A DNA stretch of 64,000 nt from Spirochaetia bacterium (GCA_963668315.1 OY764216.1:832001-896000), one strand, 5' to 3'; positions 43,529 through 53,785 are shown, counted from the stretch's first letter. The notes: a model not told the origin generated them from the sequence alone. Numbers and translations: made by a program.

Positions 43529-44360
43529 CAGCAGATTAAAAAGTAACATAGCGTGGACGGTGGCGGCAGTGCTGGCCGTTTGCTGGCTGATGGTGACTTC
43601 CGTCCCCTTTCTGTTTATGGTGATAAACGCCTTTAAAGGTCAATTCGAGATGCTCCAGAAGGGCGTTTTCGAGCTGCCCGACTCCTGGTTTCCCACAAAC
43701 TTCATAGGAGTTCTGAAAAACGGATTTCTGAACTATTTTTTCAACAGCGTCGTACTGCTGGCAATCTGTCTGACCATACTGCTCTTTATTACGGCCTGTG
43801 CTTCCTATCCCCTTTCGAGGATGAAGTTCAAACTAAGAGGGCCCACCTACGCCCTGATTGTCGCCTGTATGTCCATTCCCATTCACGTGACGCTCATTCC
43901 CATTTTTAAGATGTCCACGGTAATAAGAACATACGATTCGATTACCGCTCTGATCGGTCCCTACGTGGCCTTCGCCATTCCCATTTCCTGCTATATCCTT
44001 ACGACCTTCATGGGGTCCATACCTGCGTCGCTCGAAGAATCGGCGGAAATAGACGGATGCGGGAAGTTCAGGTCCTTCTTTCATATCATCCTTCCCCTTT
44101 CCAAGCCGGGGCTCTCAACTCTCGCCATTTACAACGGCGTCGCCATCTGGAACGAATTCGCCTTTGCCAACACCCTGACCCAGTCGAAGAAAGCCCAGAC
44201 CCTGCCCCTCGCCATTTCGGCGTTCAAAGGGGAGCACTCCATGAATATTCCCGTCATCATGTCCGTTCTCGTCTTAACGGTTCTTCCGATGATTGTTCTC
44301 TTTATTATTCTGCAGGAAAAGCTGGTGAAGGGTCTGATGGCCGGAGCGGTAAAAGGATAG
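43521..44360 (+). CDS. Carbohydrate ABC transporter permease
   Basis: 'LEESAEIDGC', 'WNEF', 'GLMAGAVKG'. Confidence 0.95.
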   Translation: MDNSRLKSNIAWTVAAVLAVCWLMVTSVPFLFMVINAFKGQFEMLQKGVFELPDSWFPTNFIGVLKNGFLNYFFNSVVLLAICLTILLFITACASYPLSRMKFKLRGPTYALIVACMSIPIHVTLIPIFKMSTVIRTYDSITALIGPYVAFAIPISCYILTTFMGSIPASLEESAEIDGCGKFRSFFHIILPLSKPGLSTLAIYNGVAIWNEFAFANTLTQSKKAQTLPLAISAFKGEHSMNIPVIMSVLVLTVLPMIVLFIILQEKLVKGLMAGAVKG

Positions 44361-44592
44361 CCGGTGCTTATACTGGAATACGCGGAGAAGGAGAGCTTAC
44401 CCGAAGAAGGCCCGGGGGCCTAGGCGGGAAAAAAGAGAAAAATCCTCTCCCGTGGATAAAATGAGATGGTATAATTCAGGAACGTCGGAATGATTTTTGA
44501 AAAAAGGGACCGTCCCGGGACACGGGGCGGCTCAGGGCATAGGCTTGATAAATGTCCGGTCATTGCTTTACTCCATGATGAAAGGTGATAGG

Positions 44593-46374
44593 GTGGGTAG
44601 AGGTTTTTTCAGAAGTTTTAACAAATGGAACCTCAATAAGAAAATCTCCGTACTGGTGACAAGTCTGATAGCCGGGATTTCGATAATCATACTGGCCATA
44701 TTCTCCACGTTTTATATCTCGTCCTATATCAATCAGTCAAACCAGATCACCGAGAGTCAGCTCTCCCGCATAGCCGCCAACTACAAGTACAACCTGGATA
44801 ACTACAAGGAACTGGCCGAGGCCCTCCTTCTGGACAAGTTCATTCAAAGCTATATTCAGCTGAAGAACTCCGAAATGGACCTCTCCAATGAGGATTATTA
44901 TGAGCTCGTGGAAAATACGAAGAGCACCCTGCGCAACACTCTTTACATGTATACCAATCTGGATTTTATCGCCGTAGTGAAAAACGATTGCAACGATATA
45001 CTTTTTAAAGCCCCCCTTTCGAGTATCCAGCAGACCTTCAATCAGGTTTATCCAGCTGATTACGCGGACAGCTTTCTCGCCTGTGAAAGGGGGACCCTGC
45101 GTATGAGCCTGAATGACTCCTATCAGAAAGACGCCTACAAGATAAACATCTATATGCCCATCTACTCGGTAACGAAAATCAATGTGGAGTACGGAATGCT
45201 CTGCATGCTCTTTGACCCCAGCGCATTCTTTGACAAATCCAAGGGACGCGCCATTGATGTCGACTCGGATATCCTGCTTATTGACAGCAGCTACAATGTT
45301 TTCTACAGCGAGAATTCCGACATGATCGGAACATTCTTTACCCCCTCGGAGAAAATTACCGGTGACAAAGGTTTTTTCAATACCAACAAGACGTTGTACA
45401 GCTATCAGAGGATTGAGGGCTGGAATTACTATGTGGTCAGCTGCATTCCCCTGTTGCGGATGTACAGGAACATCCTGATCATTATTTTTACCATAATATT
45501 CACCCTCCTTCTGCTTTCCCTCATAGGGATAACGATTTCCAAAAAGGTTCTGAATAAAACATATAAACCCATTGAAACCATGCTGCGGGGATTTAACGCC
45601 GTGGCCGAGGGCGATTTCAAAATGCGGATCAGCTCCGATAATATGGGGGTCGATTTCGTCAGCCTGGTCAACGGTTTCAACTATATGGTGGAGAAGATCG
45701 ACACCTTGATGAACCAGGTCATTCTGGAGCAGCAGCAGCTCAATCAGATTCAGTTCAACGAGCTCCAGTCCAAAATCCAGCCTCATTTTCTCTACAACAC
45801 CCTGGAGTGCATCCACTGGCAGGCCATCGCCGACGGCAATAATAAAGCATCCGTTCTGGTACAGGCCTTGTCGAACTATTACAGGAACTGTCTCAGCAAG
45901 GGGGAGGATATCATCTCCCTGGAGAACGAACTGGAGCAAATCGACAGTTACCTCACCATCCAGAACATGCGCTACGATGACATTATCCACCTCGTGACTG
46001 ACATCCCCTACCAGATCCAGCAGATCCTCATCCCCAAAATGACTCTCCAGCCCATAATCGAGAATGCCCTCTATCACGGGATACGGGTTAAGGAGGGCGA
46101 GACCGGCAGGGTGACCATGAAAGGGATTCACGCGGGCCGCTTCATTTATCTGGAGATAGCCGACGACGGCATCGGCATGGAAGAGGAAAAGATTAGGGAA
46201 CTGAATGGCCACATCAACGATTTCAGTGAAAATTTCGGATACGGCATAAGGAATGTGAACCGGCGCATAAAGATTCTTTTCGGAGAAATATACGGGCTTG
46301 AGTATTTCAGGAATGATGAGACCGGTATTACCGTCCGTATCAAATTGCCGAATACCATGGGGCAGGGATACTAG
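44593..46374 (+). CDS. Sensor histidine kinase (YesM/LytS-like)
   Basis: Two TMs, HAMP, 'QSKIQPHFLYNTLE', 'LQPIIENALYHG', 'DDGIG'; start uncertain (GTG 44593 or ATG 44575). Confidence 0.93.
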   Translation: MGRGFFRSFNKWNLNKKISVLVTSLIAGISIIILAIFSTFYISSYINQSNQITESQLSRIAANYKYNLDNYKELAEALLLDKFIQSYIQLKNSEMDLSNEDYYELVENTKSTLRNTLYMYTNLDFIAVVKNDCNDILFKAPLSSIQQTFNQVYPADYADSFLACERGTLRMSLNDSYQKDAYKINIYMPIYSVTKINVEYGMLCMLFDPSAFFDKSKGRAIDVDSDILLIDSSYNVFYSENSDMIGTFFTPSEKITGDKGFFNTNKTLYSYQRIEGWNYYVVSCIPLLRMYRNILIIIFTIIFTLLLLSLIGITISKKVLNKTYKPIETMLRGFNAVAEGDFKMRISSDNMGVDFVSLVNGFNYMVEKIDTLMNQVILEQQQLNQIQFNELQSKIQPHFLYNTLECIHWQAIADGNNKASVLVQALSNYYRNCLSKGEDIISLENELEQIDSYLTIQNMRYDDIIHLVTDIPYQIQQILIPKMTLQPIIENALYHGIRVKEGETGRVTMKGIHAGRFIYLEIADDGIGMEEEKIRELNGHINDFSENFGYGIRNVNRRIKILFGEIYGLEYFRNDETGITVRIKLPNTMGQGY

Positions 46375-46375
46375 C

Positions 46376-47935
46376 ATGTATAATGTTTTAATTGTTGACG
46401 ATGAAAAAATGATCAGAGACGGCATCAAATCCGCCTTGCCCTGGAGCAATATTAACATTTCGAAGGTATTCACGGCCGTATCCGCCGAAAAGGCTCTGGA
46501 TGTTATCAGGAGCGAAGAGATCCACATTCTTCTAACCGATATCAATATGCCCAAGCTGTCCGGTCTGGAACTCATTGATGAGATCAAGAAATTCAATTCC
46601 GATATCGACATAATCGTTTTCACCGGCTACGACAATTTTGAATATGCCCAGAAAGCTCTCCGAATGAAAGTGGAGGACTTTTTCCTGAAGCCTGTGAACG
46701 AAAACACCCTGGCCCAATCGATTTTCAAATTGACGAAAATCCGTGAATGCCGCATGGACGAGCAGAAGCACCAGAAGCTCCTCAGGAGAAAGATCGGCGT
46801 GGAAGAGCAGCTCAAACTGGAAATAACCATGGGCAAGCTCATTCACGGCATCGCCTCGGAGAGGGAGTATCACTCCTTTATGGAGGAGTACAAATATCCT
46901 GCGGGAACCCCCATGCAGGTCGTGGTGCTCATTCCCGTTCTGTATACGGATATAAGTGATGACGACAAATCCTTCAGGCTCCTCTCCATCAAGAATATCT
47001 GCATGGGGATGTTCGACGCCAGGGGAACGGGCATCACCTTCATCGATAATAATGACCGGATTGTTCTTGTTGTTTTTCAGGACAAAGAGTCGGGGGAAAT
47101 TCTGGAGAGGGTGGAGAGCCTGAACAGCATCCTTGTGGACGAATATAAATTCCATCCGAAAATTGTGATGGGGAGCCTTATCTGCGGCTTTAAGAATCTG
47201 AATGTTTCCTATAATGACGCCATGTATCTCATAGAAAACGGGAACCACGGGGAGAGACGGATTCTGCAGGAGCGGAATTCCAAAAAGCGCCTTGATATGT
47301 TCAACCGGATTTTAAGCGAACAGAAAGAGATCATGGTGACAAATACGGCTAATCTGGAAATCCTGATGAAAGCCTTCGACACCTTTGAGGAAGCGTGCGA
47401 ATCCTTCAATCTGGCCAACGGGTTTGTCAGGAAATGCTGCTTTGAAATTGCCTCCTCCATCTATTTCGGTTATGCCGTCGATTCGGGCATCAAAACGGAT
47501 AAGCTTCTCGAATCCCTGCTGCTCTCCATCGCGGATTCGACGAGGGAGGAGGCCTTTACCTTCACAAGAACCTTTATCAGCGACCTGATCGACAGCAGGG
47601 AGGTCCGCAGCCATGAACTGATAGAGGCGGCAAAGCAGTATATAGGCAGTAATCTGGACAAGGACCTTTCCGTTTCCCTTATCGCCGAGGAGATGTTTCT
47701 TTCGGAAAACTATTTTTCCAGGCTTTTCAAGAAGGTCTGTGGGAAAGGGTGCAACAAATACATAACGGAAAAGAGAATAGAGAAAGCGAAGGCCCTTCTT
47801 GAAACGACCAATCTACAGAGCGGGATGATCGCCGCCCTCGTGGGGTACCGGGACTGCAACTACTTTTCCCTGGCATTTAAAAAATATACCGGTCAGTCTC
47901 CCACGTCCTTCAGACGTGTAAAGAGGCAGCTCTGA
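46376..47935 (+). CDS. Response regulator with AraC output (YesN-like)
   Basis: 'VDDE', 'TDINMP', 'FLKP'; C-terminal 'GYRDCNYFSLAFKKYTGQSP'. Confidence 0.94.
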   Translation: MYNVLIVDDEKMIRDGIKSALPWSNINISKVFTAVSAEKALDVIRSEEIHILLTDINMPKLSGLELIDEIKKFNSDIDIIVFTGYDNFEYAQKALRMKVEDFFLKPVNENTLAQSIFKLTKIRECRMDEQKHQKLLRRKIGVEEQLKLEITMGKLIHGIASEREYHSFMEEYKYPAGTPMQVVVLIPVLYTDISDDDKSFRLLSIKNICMGMFDARGTGITFIDNNDRIVLVVFQDKESGEILERVESLNSILVDEYKFHPKIVMGSLICGFKNLNVSYNDAMYLIENGNHGERRILQERNSKKRLDMFNRILSEQKEIMVTNTANLEILMKAFDTFEEACESFNLANGFVRKCCFEIASSIYFGYAVDSGIKTDKLLESLLLSIADSTREEAFTFTRTFISDLIDSREVRSHELIEAAKQYIGSNLDKDLSVSLIAEEMFLSENYFSRLFKKVCGKGCNKYITEKRIEKAKALLETTNLQSGMIAALVGYRDCNYFSLAFKKYTGQSPTSFRRVKRQL

Positions 47936-48038
47936 GCTTGGACCAGAACCCTTTTTAGGGGGAATGGCGACGGATAAAAATTAAATCAAATAGAGAATGA
48001 TGGCATGAGTCATATCATCTTCATTCAAGGAGGTTCAC

Positions 48039-50021
48039 ATAAAATATTACGTTAATGCAAACGCCGCGAAAGACGGCAGCGGTTCCAGCGAAAGCCCGTT
48101 CAAAAGAATCAACGAGGCCGCGAAACTGGCTCTTCCCGGCGATGAAGTCCTGGTCGCCCCGGGGATCTACCGGGAATATGTCGATCCGGTCCACGGCGGT
48201 ACGGAGGAGGCCCCTGTCACCTATACGAGCACGACGCCTCTCGGGGCCGTGATTACCGGTGCGGAGCAGGTGAAATCATGGCAGCCTTACAGGGATAACG
48301 TCTGGGTCTGCCGGATTGCCAACAGCGTGTTCGGAGATTACAATCCCTACGCCACATTGGTCTACGGGGACTGGTATTTCGCCGCCCCCAACAAACACAC
48401 CGGCTGTGTCTATCTGAACGACAGGGCCCTGTACGAAACGGTAACTCTGGAGGAATGCCTCAAAGGCGAGATTTATGAATGCAGCTGGGTGCCGGAGGAA
48501 TCGGTGTACAAGTGGTATACCGAGCAGGATGAAAATGCGGATGAAACGATTATCTACGCCAATTTCCAGGGGCAGAACCCGAATAAGGAGAACGTGGAGA
48601 TCAATGTCCGCCGGCGATGTTTCATGCCTTCCGTAACGGGCATCGGCTACCATATCGTCAGGGGATTCAACATCAACAAGGCGGCCACCAACTGGGCTCC
48701 CCCTGCGGCCTTTCAGGACGGCATGATCGGGCCCCACTGGAGCAAGGGGTGGATCATTGAGGATTGCGAGATTTCCAACAGCCGCTGCGCCGGCATCTCC
48801 CTGGGAAAATACCTTGACCCGGAGAACGAGCATTATTTCACCTATAAGCAGGTGAAGAGCCCGACCCAGATGGAAAGGGACGCGGTCTGCCGGGGGCAGT
48901 ATCACGGCTGGATGAAAGAGACCGTCGGAAGCCATACGGTCCGCCGCTGCAACATCCACCACTGCGAGCAGGGGGGAATCATCGGACGCATGGGCGCCGT
49001 CTTCAGTGTTATCGAGGACAACCATATACACCATATCAACAATATGATGGAACTGGGAGGTGCGGAAATCGCCGGCATCAAGATCCATGCCGCCATCGAC
49101 GTGCTCTTCCGGCGCAACCATATCCATCACTGCACCATGGGCATCTGGTGCGACTGGGAAGCGCAGGGGACGCGCATTACCCGGAATCTTCTCCATGACA
49201 ACCAGAGACCGCCTTTCGCCAAAAACCTTCCGGGAAGCATGATGTCCATGGACCTGTTCGTGGAAGTCAGCCACGGCCCGACCCTGATCGACAACAATGT
49301 CCTTCTCTCCGACGTGAGTCTCCGTTTCGCGACTCAGGGGGTAGCGATGGTCCATAACCTTATCTGCGGGGCGTATACCGCCGTGGGAGAGGGAACCACC
49401 TGGCGGTACACGCCCTACCATATCCCCCACCGTACGGAAGTCATGGGCTTTATGACCTTTCTTCACGGGGATGACCGCTTCTACAACAATATCTTTGTTC
49501 AGAAAGGACCTTCCGAGGATTATGTGACCTACCATGATCAGGATATGAAGGAAATGCGGGAGAACAGGCTCGTGGGGACCTGCGTTTTCGACGAATACCC
49601 CACCTATGAAGAGTGGGTAAGCCAGTTTGATTTTACAAAGCGTCCGAACATGCAGGCCCTGGAGCCGGCCCATTTCGGCCATCTGCCCGTATGGAGCGAA
49701 GGCAATGCCTACCTGAACGGGGCCAGGGCGTGGAAGAAGGAAACGGATGGTCTTGAAAGTAATGACGGCAAAGTCAAAGTGGAGCTGGTGGAAAAGGACG
49801 GTCAGTATTATCTGGATACCAATGTCTACGATTACCTCAAGGACTTCAAGGACAGGATGATCCATTCCGAAATACTCGGCAAAGCCTTCGAGCCCGAAGC
49901 CCGTTATGAAAACGCCGACGGTACGGCGATACGCTTTGACGAGGACTACTTCGACAGCCATCGCGGTGTGGATGTCATACCCGGGCCCTTTGCATCTCCC
50001 TCCGGCAGGATCAAGCTGTAG
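48039..50021 (+). CDS. Right-handed beta-helix glycosidase, GH120-like (beta-xylosidase-type); apparent start codon ATA
   Basis: Frame is open from ATA-48039: 'IKYYVNANAAKDGSGSSESPFKRINEAAKLALPGDEVLVAPGIYRE'; also 'WAPPAAFQDG', 'GIKIHAAID', 'GIWCDWEAQGTRITRN', 'DLFVEVSHGP'. Confidence 0.85.
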   Translation: MKYYVNANAAKDGSGSSESPFKRINEAAKLALPGDEVLVAPGIYREYVDPVHGGTEEAPVTYTSTTPLGAVITGAEQVKSWQPYRDNVWVCRIANSVFGDYNPYATLVYGDWYFAAPNKHTGCVYLNDRALYETVTLEECLKGEIYECSWVPEESVYKWYTEQDENADETIIYANFQGQNPNKENVEINVRRRCFMPSVTGIGYHIVRGFNINKAATNWAPPAAFQDGMIGPHWSKGWIIEDCEISNSRCAGISLGKYLDPENEHYFTYKQVKSPTQMERDAVCRGQYHGWMKETVGSHTVRRCNIHHCEQGGIIGRMGAVFSVIEDNHIHHINNMMELGGAEIAGIKIHAAIDVLFRRNHIHHCTMGIWCDWEAQGTRITRNLLHDNQRPPFAKNLPGSMMSMDLFVEVSHGPTLIDNNVLLSDVSLRFATQGVAMVHNLICGAYTAVGEGTTWRYTPYHIPHRTEVMGFMTFLHGDDRFYNNIFVQKGPSEDYVTYHDQDMKEMRENRLVGTCVFDEYPTYEEWVSQFDFTKRPNMQALEPAHFGHLPVWSEGNAYLNGARAWKKETDGLESNDGKVKVELVEKDGQYYLDTNVYDYLKDFKDRMIHSEILGKAFEPEARYENADGTAIRFDEDYFDSHRGVDVIPGPFASPSGRIKL

Positions 50022-50035
50022 CTTTCTAGGAAAAA

Positions 50036-50070
50036 GGCGGGTTCATCCGAATAACCGGAAGAACCCGCCC
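50036..50070. terminator. Hairpin between convergent genes (probable bidirectional terminator)
   Basis: GGCGGGTTC...GAACCCGCC with an A-run on the left side. Confidence 0.65.
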
Positions 50071-50115
50071 GTGTGATGCTGTCGTACCGAATCATAGGCA
50101 CGGCAGAGGCTAATC

Positions 50116-50946
50116 TCAGTAACCCAGTTTCTTTAATGTCTCCCGGCTGATGGAAATCGCCTCCATGGGAGGGCGTTCGGTCGATCGGTCCTGCTCGACA
50201 ACAATCCATTCGCTTCCTATTTCATCGACCGCTTTGAGAATCTCTTCCAGAGCCAGCTGCCCCAGTCCCAGGGGGCGGAAGTCAAAGGAGGATCGGTCGG
50301 CGACGGCATCGCTGTCGTCCTTGCCTTTCTCATTGATCAGGGCGTACATGTTGTCCGCCTGGCCCGTTTTTATATAATCCTTCAGATGAACCACGGGAGA
50401 ACGGTCGGCGTATTTTCTCAGGTAGGCGGCGGGATCTTCCCCGGCGACGCTTACCCAGCAGGTATCCAGTTCCGTGGCCAGATATTCCGGAGGAATCTCG
50501 GCGTATAGCCTGTCCAGGGCGTATTTGCCGTCAATTTTCACGAACTCGAAATCATGGTTATGATAAAGCAGCTGTAATCCGGCTGCCCGGGCGGCCTTTC
50601 CGATTATTTTAATCTGGGAAACCACATCATTCCATTTATCCCGTCCCGGTCTTCTTTCTTCATCCAGCCAGGGGATGGCGAAGTAACCGCTTCCCAGGGT
50701 TTTATGGAAGGAGATCATCTCGTCGAGTTTCTCATTGAGCGTATCCAGGGGGACATGGCTGGACAGGGCCTCGAGGCCCAGGTCATCCAGGGCCTTTTTG
50801 ATCTTTTCGGCCGGCTGATCGTAAAATCCGGCGAACTCCACACCGGAGTAACCCATCTCCCTGACCTTTTTCAGCGTTCCGTAAAAATCTTTCTCCAGGT
50901 CATCCCTCACCGAATAGAGCTGTACCGCTACCTTTGCTTTTTTCAT
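50116..50946 (-). CDS. Sugar phosphate isomerase/epimerase (xylose isomerase-like TIM barrel)
   Basis: 'VQLYSVR', 'YHNHDFEF', 'ELDTCW', 'HLKD', 'VEQD'. Confidence 0.92.
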   Translation of the reverse strand: MKKAKVAVQLYSVRDDLEKDFYGTLKKVREMGYSGVEFAGFYDQPAEKIKKALDDLGLEALSSHVPLDTLNEKLDEMISFHKTLGSGYFAIPWLDEERRPGRDKWNDVVSQIKIIGKAARAAGLQLLYHNHDFEFVKIDGKYALDRLYAEIPPEYLATELDTCWVSVAGEDPAAYLRKYADRSPVVHLKDYIKTGQADNMYALINEKGKDDSDAVADRSSFDFRPLGLGQLALEEILKAVDEIGSEWIVVEQDRSTERPPMEAISISRETLKKLGY

Positions 50947-50948
50947 TA

Positions 50949-52067
50949 TTACTCTCCTGTTTCCGTTGAATTTTTCGGCAGAACCCGGGGCAGGGGCTCC
51001 GGTCTCTGACATTCGCTCTCCACGCTGACATGGATTCCCTTTTCGGCGGAATCATAAAAGCTCAGCATGGTATCCAGGGCGTGGTAGGCCAGTTCCGCAC
51101 TGACCCGGGCCTTTCTTCCGGCCCGTATGGACGCGGCCATATCGGAAAGACCGATTCCCCGGCTGTTTTCGGTAAAACCGTGGGTCAGGGGGATCTCCTG
51201 GAAGGGGCCGTCGAAGCGGCGGAGCCTGACCGGGCCTCCGAAGGTATTGGGGTCGGGTACGAGCAGGGTGCCCTCCGTCCCGAAAACCTGAAGGTAGGGA
51301 AGGCCCGAATGGGGATATCCCCCGTGGGATTCGAAGCTTGTCAGAAGGTTGGCGCAGACGCCGTTTTTAAATTCGATAAGACCGCTGATATGGGTCGGGG
51401 TTTCCACTTTGATCTTCTCTCCGTATCTGACAGGCCCCAGGATGGTTTTCTCTTCGTTGGGGTTCTGGGCGAAGGCGCTGACCTTTCCCGCCGGGCCGAA
51501 CAGATTGATCATGGCCGTAACGAAGTAGGGGCCCATATCCAGCAGGGGGCCTCCGCCGTATTTATAGAAGAAATCCGGATTGGGATGGAACTCGGCTGGA
51601 CCTCCGCCGATCATGAAGGCCGTCGCCCCGAAGGGTTTTCCGATCCAGCCGTCATCGATCAACTTGCGGCATGTCTGAATTCCCCCTCCCAGGAAGGTAT
51701 CGGGGGCACAGCCCAGATAGAGCCCTTTCTCCCGGGCCGTGTCGAAAAGCTGCTTCCCCTCTTCCCGGCTGATACCCAGGGGCTTTTCGCTGTAGACATG
51801 CTTCCCCTTATTCAGCGCCTTAAGGGAAATCTCCCTGTGAGTCATCGGGGGCGTCAGGTTCAGGACGATTTCGATATCCTTTCTGTCCAGAAGCTCATCC
51901 GTTGTCAGAGCTTCTATGCCGTAGACCTCCGATTTGGCTTTGGATCTTTCGGGGATCAGATCCGAACAGGCGACAACATCCAGATTGGCAAATAGTCCGG
52001 TGGTGTTTTTCAGGTAGATCTCGCTGATATCACCGCAGCCTATGATGCCTATTTTGGTTTTTTTCAT
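50949..52067 (-). CDS. Gfo/Idh/MocA-family oxidoreductase
   Basis: 'IIGCGDIS', 'KHVYSEKP', 'APDTFLG', 'GGGPLLDMGPY'. Confidence 0.95.
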   Translation of the reverse strand: MKKTKIGIIGCGDISEIYLKNTTGLFANLDVVACSDLIPERSKAKSEVYGIEALTTDELLDRKDIEIVLNLTPPMTHREISLKALNKGKHVYSEKPLGISREEGKQLFDTAREKGLYLGCAPDTFLGGGIQTCRKLIDDGWIGKPFGATAFMIGGGPAEFHPNPDFFYKYGGGPLLDMGPYFVTAMINLFGPAGKVSAFAQNPNEEKTILGPVRYGEKIKVETPTHISGLIEFKNGVCANLLTSFESHGGYPHSGLPYLQVFGTEGTLLVPDPNTFGGPVRLRRFDGPFQEIPLTHGFTENSRGIGLSDMAASIRAGRKARVSAELAYHALDTMLSFYDSAEKGIHVSVESECQRPEPLPRVLPKNSTETGE

Positions 52068-52130
52068 AATTTCCTCCGCAGATGTTATAGGATATCATGG
52101 GGCCATAACCGGAATTCCCGCTATAATCAA

Positions 52131-52157
52131 ATTGCTGAAAAATATCGCTATATTGCT
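52131..52157 (-). promoter_or_regulatory. Candidate AraC-type tandem half-sites
   Basis: AGCAAT repeated with a 21-bp period upstream of the Gfo operon, divergent from an AraC gene. Confidence 0.45.
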
Positions 52158-52180
52158 CTTTGTCTGTTAAAATGGAAGGG

Positions 52181-53080
52181 ATGCACAAGAATGATTACAT
52201 TCGGGATTCCCATGGGGTCGTCAGGGAAGTCGTTCACTATGAAGGGGCGGTTTACCATCTTATCCAGAATAGTTTTCTCAATGAATGGGGACCGGAGCAG
52301 CCCTGGAAATTTTACCCCCACTATCATGAGGCCATGGAGATCATGGCCTACCGGGGGGATTATGCCGAGCTGCTCTGTGACGGAAAAACCTATGAAGTCA
52401 GAAACAAAGAGATTATGGTCGTGCCGCCGGGGAGCATTCATGATGTGACGTTCTGGACAAGGGATCTCTTTGAATGGGTGACCATTCAGATCGATTTCAA
52501 GCATATCTCCGACCTTATCGGTAATAAGCCTCTCTTTGTACCTCAGAGGATTAATGGAGAACATGTTCAGGAGATATACGGATTGATAAAGGAGTTGTAT
52601 TTTTATAATTCCAGGGAGGAGGCATACCATTCTCCGGCGGAAAAGTTTCAGGATCTGCATATACTTTCCCGATTGCTTTCTCTTCTGCTCAAGCAGGGCA
52701 GTGAGGAGTATCTGAGGCCCGGCGCCGCCATAGTCAGCGTTCAGAAAATCATAGACTATTGCTATGACAATTTTCATAAGGGGATCAATCTGGACGAGCT
52801 CTCTTCTGTCTGCCACTTGTCAAAATACCATATGTGCCGCATTTTCAAAAAAACGACGGGCCTAACCATAACGAATTATATGAATATTATAAAAGTGGAG
52901 GAGGCGGGGAAAATGCTTAGAGATCAGGGGAAGAACATCACGGAGACCTGTTTTGACTGCGGATTTTCAAGCGTCTCCTATTTTATTGAAATATTTAAAA
53001 GAAATACGGGGTATACACCTAAGCAGTGGCTAAGCAACGTGTCGGGAATGACGAAGGTAAATCATGAAGAAGAGCGATAA
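52181..53080 (+). CDS. AraC-family regulator with cupin sensor
   Basis: 'PHYHEAMEI'; 'GFSSVSYFIEIFKRNTGYTP'. Confidence 0.92.
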   Translation: MHKNDYIRDSHGVVREVVHYEGAVYHLIQNSFLNEWGPEQPWKFYPHYHEAMEIMAYRGDYAELLCDGKTYEVRNKEIMVVPPGSIHDVTFWTRDLFEWVTIQIDFKHISDLIGNKPLFVPQRINGEHVQEIYGLIKELYFYNSREEAYHSPAEKFQDLHILSRLLSLLLKQGSEEYLRPGAAIVSVQKIIDYCYDNFHKGINLDELSSVCHLSKYHMCRIFKKTTGLTITNYMNIIKVEEAGKMLRDQGKNITETCFDCGFSSVSYFIEIFKRNTGYTPKQWLSNVSGMTKVNHEEER

Positions 53081-53411
53081 ATATCTCAAGATCGTGGAGT
53101 GGTCCGAGGAGCATCAGTGCTATGTGGGCTCCTGCCCCGGATTACTGACGGGGGGAGGAGTCTACGGCGATGATGAGACCGCGGTATACAGAGACCTCTG
53201 CCGTTATGCCGAGGAGTGGATAGAAATTATGGAGAGGGACGGAATTCCCCTTCCCGAGGAAACGGCCCAGAAAACCTATTCGGGGAAATTTGTCCTAAGG
53301 ACGGGAAAGACACTTCACAAGGAGCTGGCTCTGAAAGCCCTGGTAAAAGGAGTCAGCCTTAATGCTTTCTGTCTGGATATCCTGAAAAAAGGGTTAGTGG
53401 ACGAAATGTGA
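53064..53411 (+). CDS. HicB-family antitoxin-like protein
   Basis: 'EWSEEHQCYVGSCPGL', 'GIPLPE', RHH-like 'YSGKFVLR...LHKELALKA...VSLN'. Confidence 0.85.
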   Translation: MKKSDKYLKIVEWSEEHQCYVGSCPGLLTGGGVYGDDETAVYRDLCRYAEEWIEIMERDGIPLPEETAQKTYSGKFVLRTGKTLHKELALKALVKGVSLNAFCLDILKKGLVDEM

Positions 53412-53785
53412 AGAAACTTCACAAAAAACACAAAATACAGGAAAAAAGAGTAGATTTCCCGGCAGGTATATAGTATAAACGGGAGTAGAATATTTAGCCC
53501 AGCTAAGGATTTAAAAAAATACGGCAGAAAAAAAAGCGGTTCTTTGCCGCTGCTTCTCCGGGGGGGGCGGTTCCCGATCTGGGCCGGGCGGCTTTTCTTT
53601 CTGAAAATGATCGGGCCGGAATGGCAACACAGATCCGCGACTATCTATCCCGCCCCTAGTTCGTTTCCTCCTGCTTTGCTCTCCCCGTTGATAGAGGAGC
53701 GAGAATCCCCCCAAACTAAATAAATTCATCTTTATTCTATGCCCCTCCGATAATTAAAGAGAAGTACTCTCTCAGGAGCGGACCT

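Noticed and set aside
44737..46623. 628-aa antisense ORF over the histidine kinase
   Set aside because: Shadow ORF from codon bias of a well-supported opposite-strand gene; no recognisable motifs.
48055..48252. 65-aa ORF suggesting a frameshift in the glycosidase
   Set aside because: The glycosidase frame is continuous from 48039; this ORF is an alternate frame and no frameshift is needed.
48276..49961. 561-aa antisense ORF (and similar ones at 37833-39032, 39158-40489, 1850-2968)
   Set aside because: Mirror frames of conserved genes; no RBS or domain signatures.
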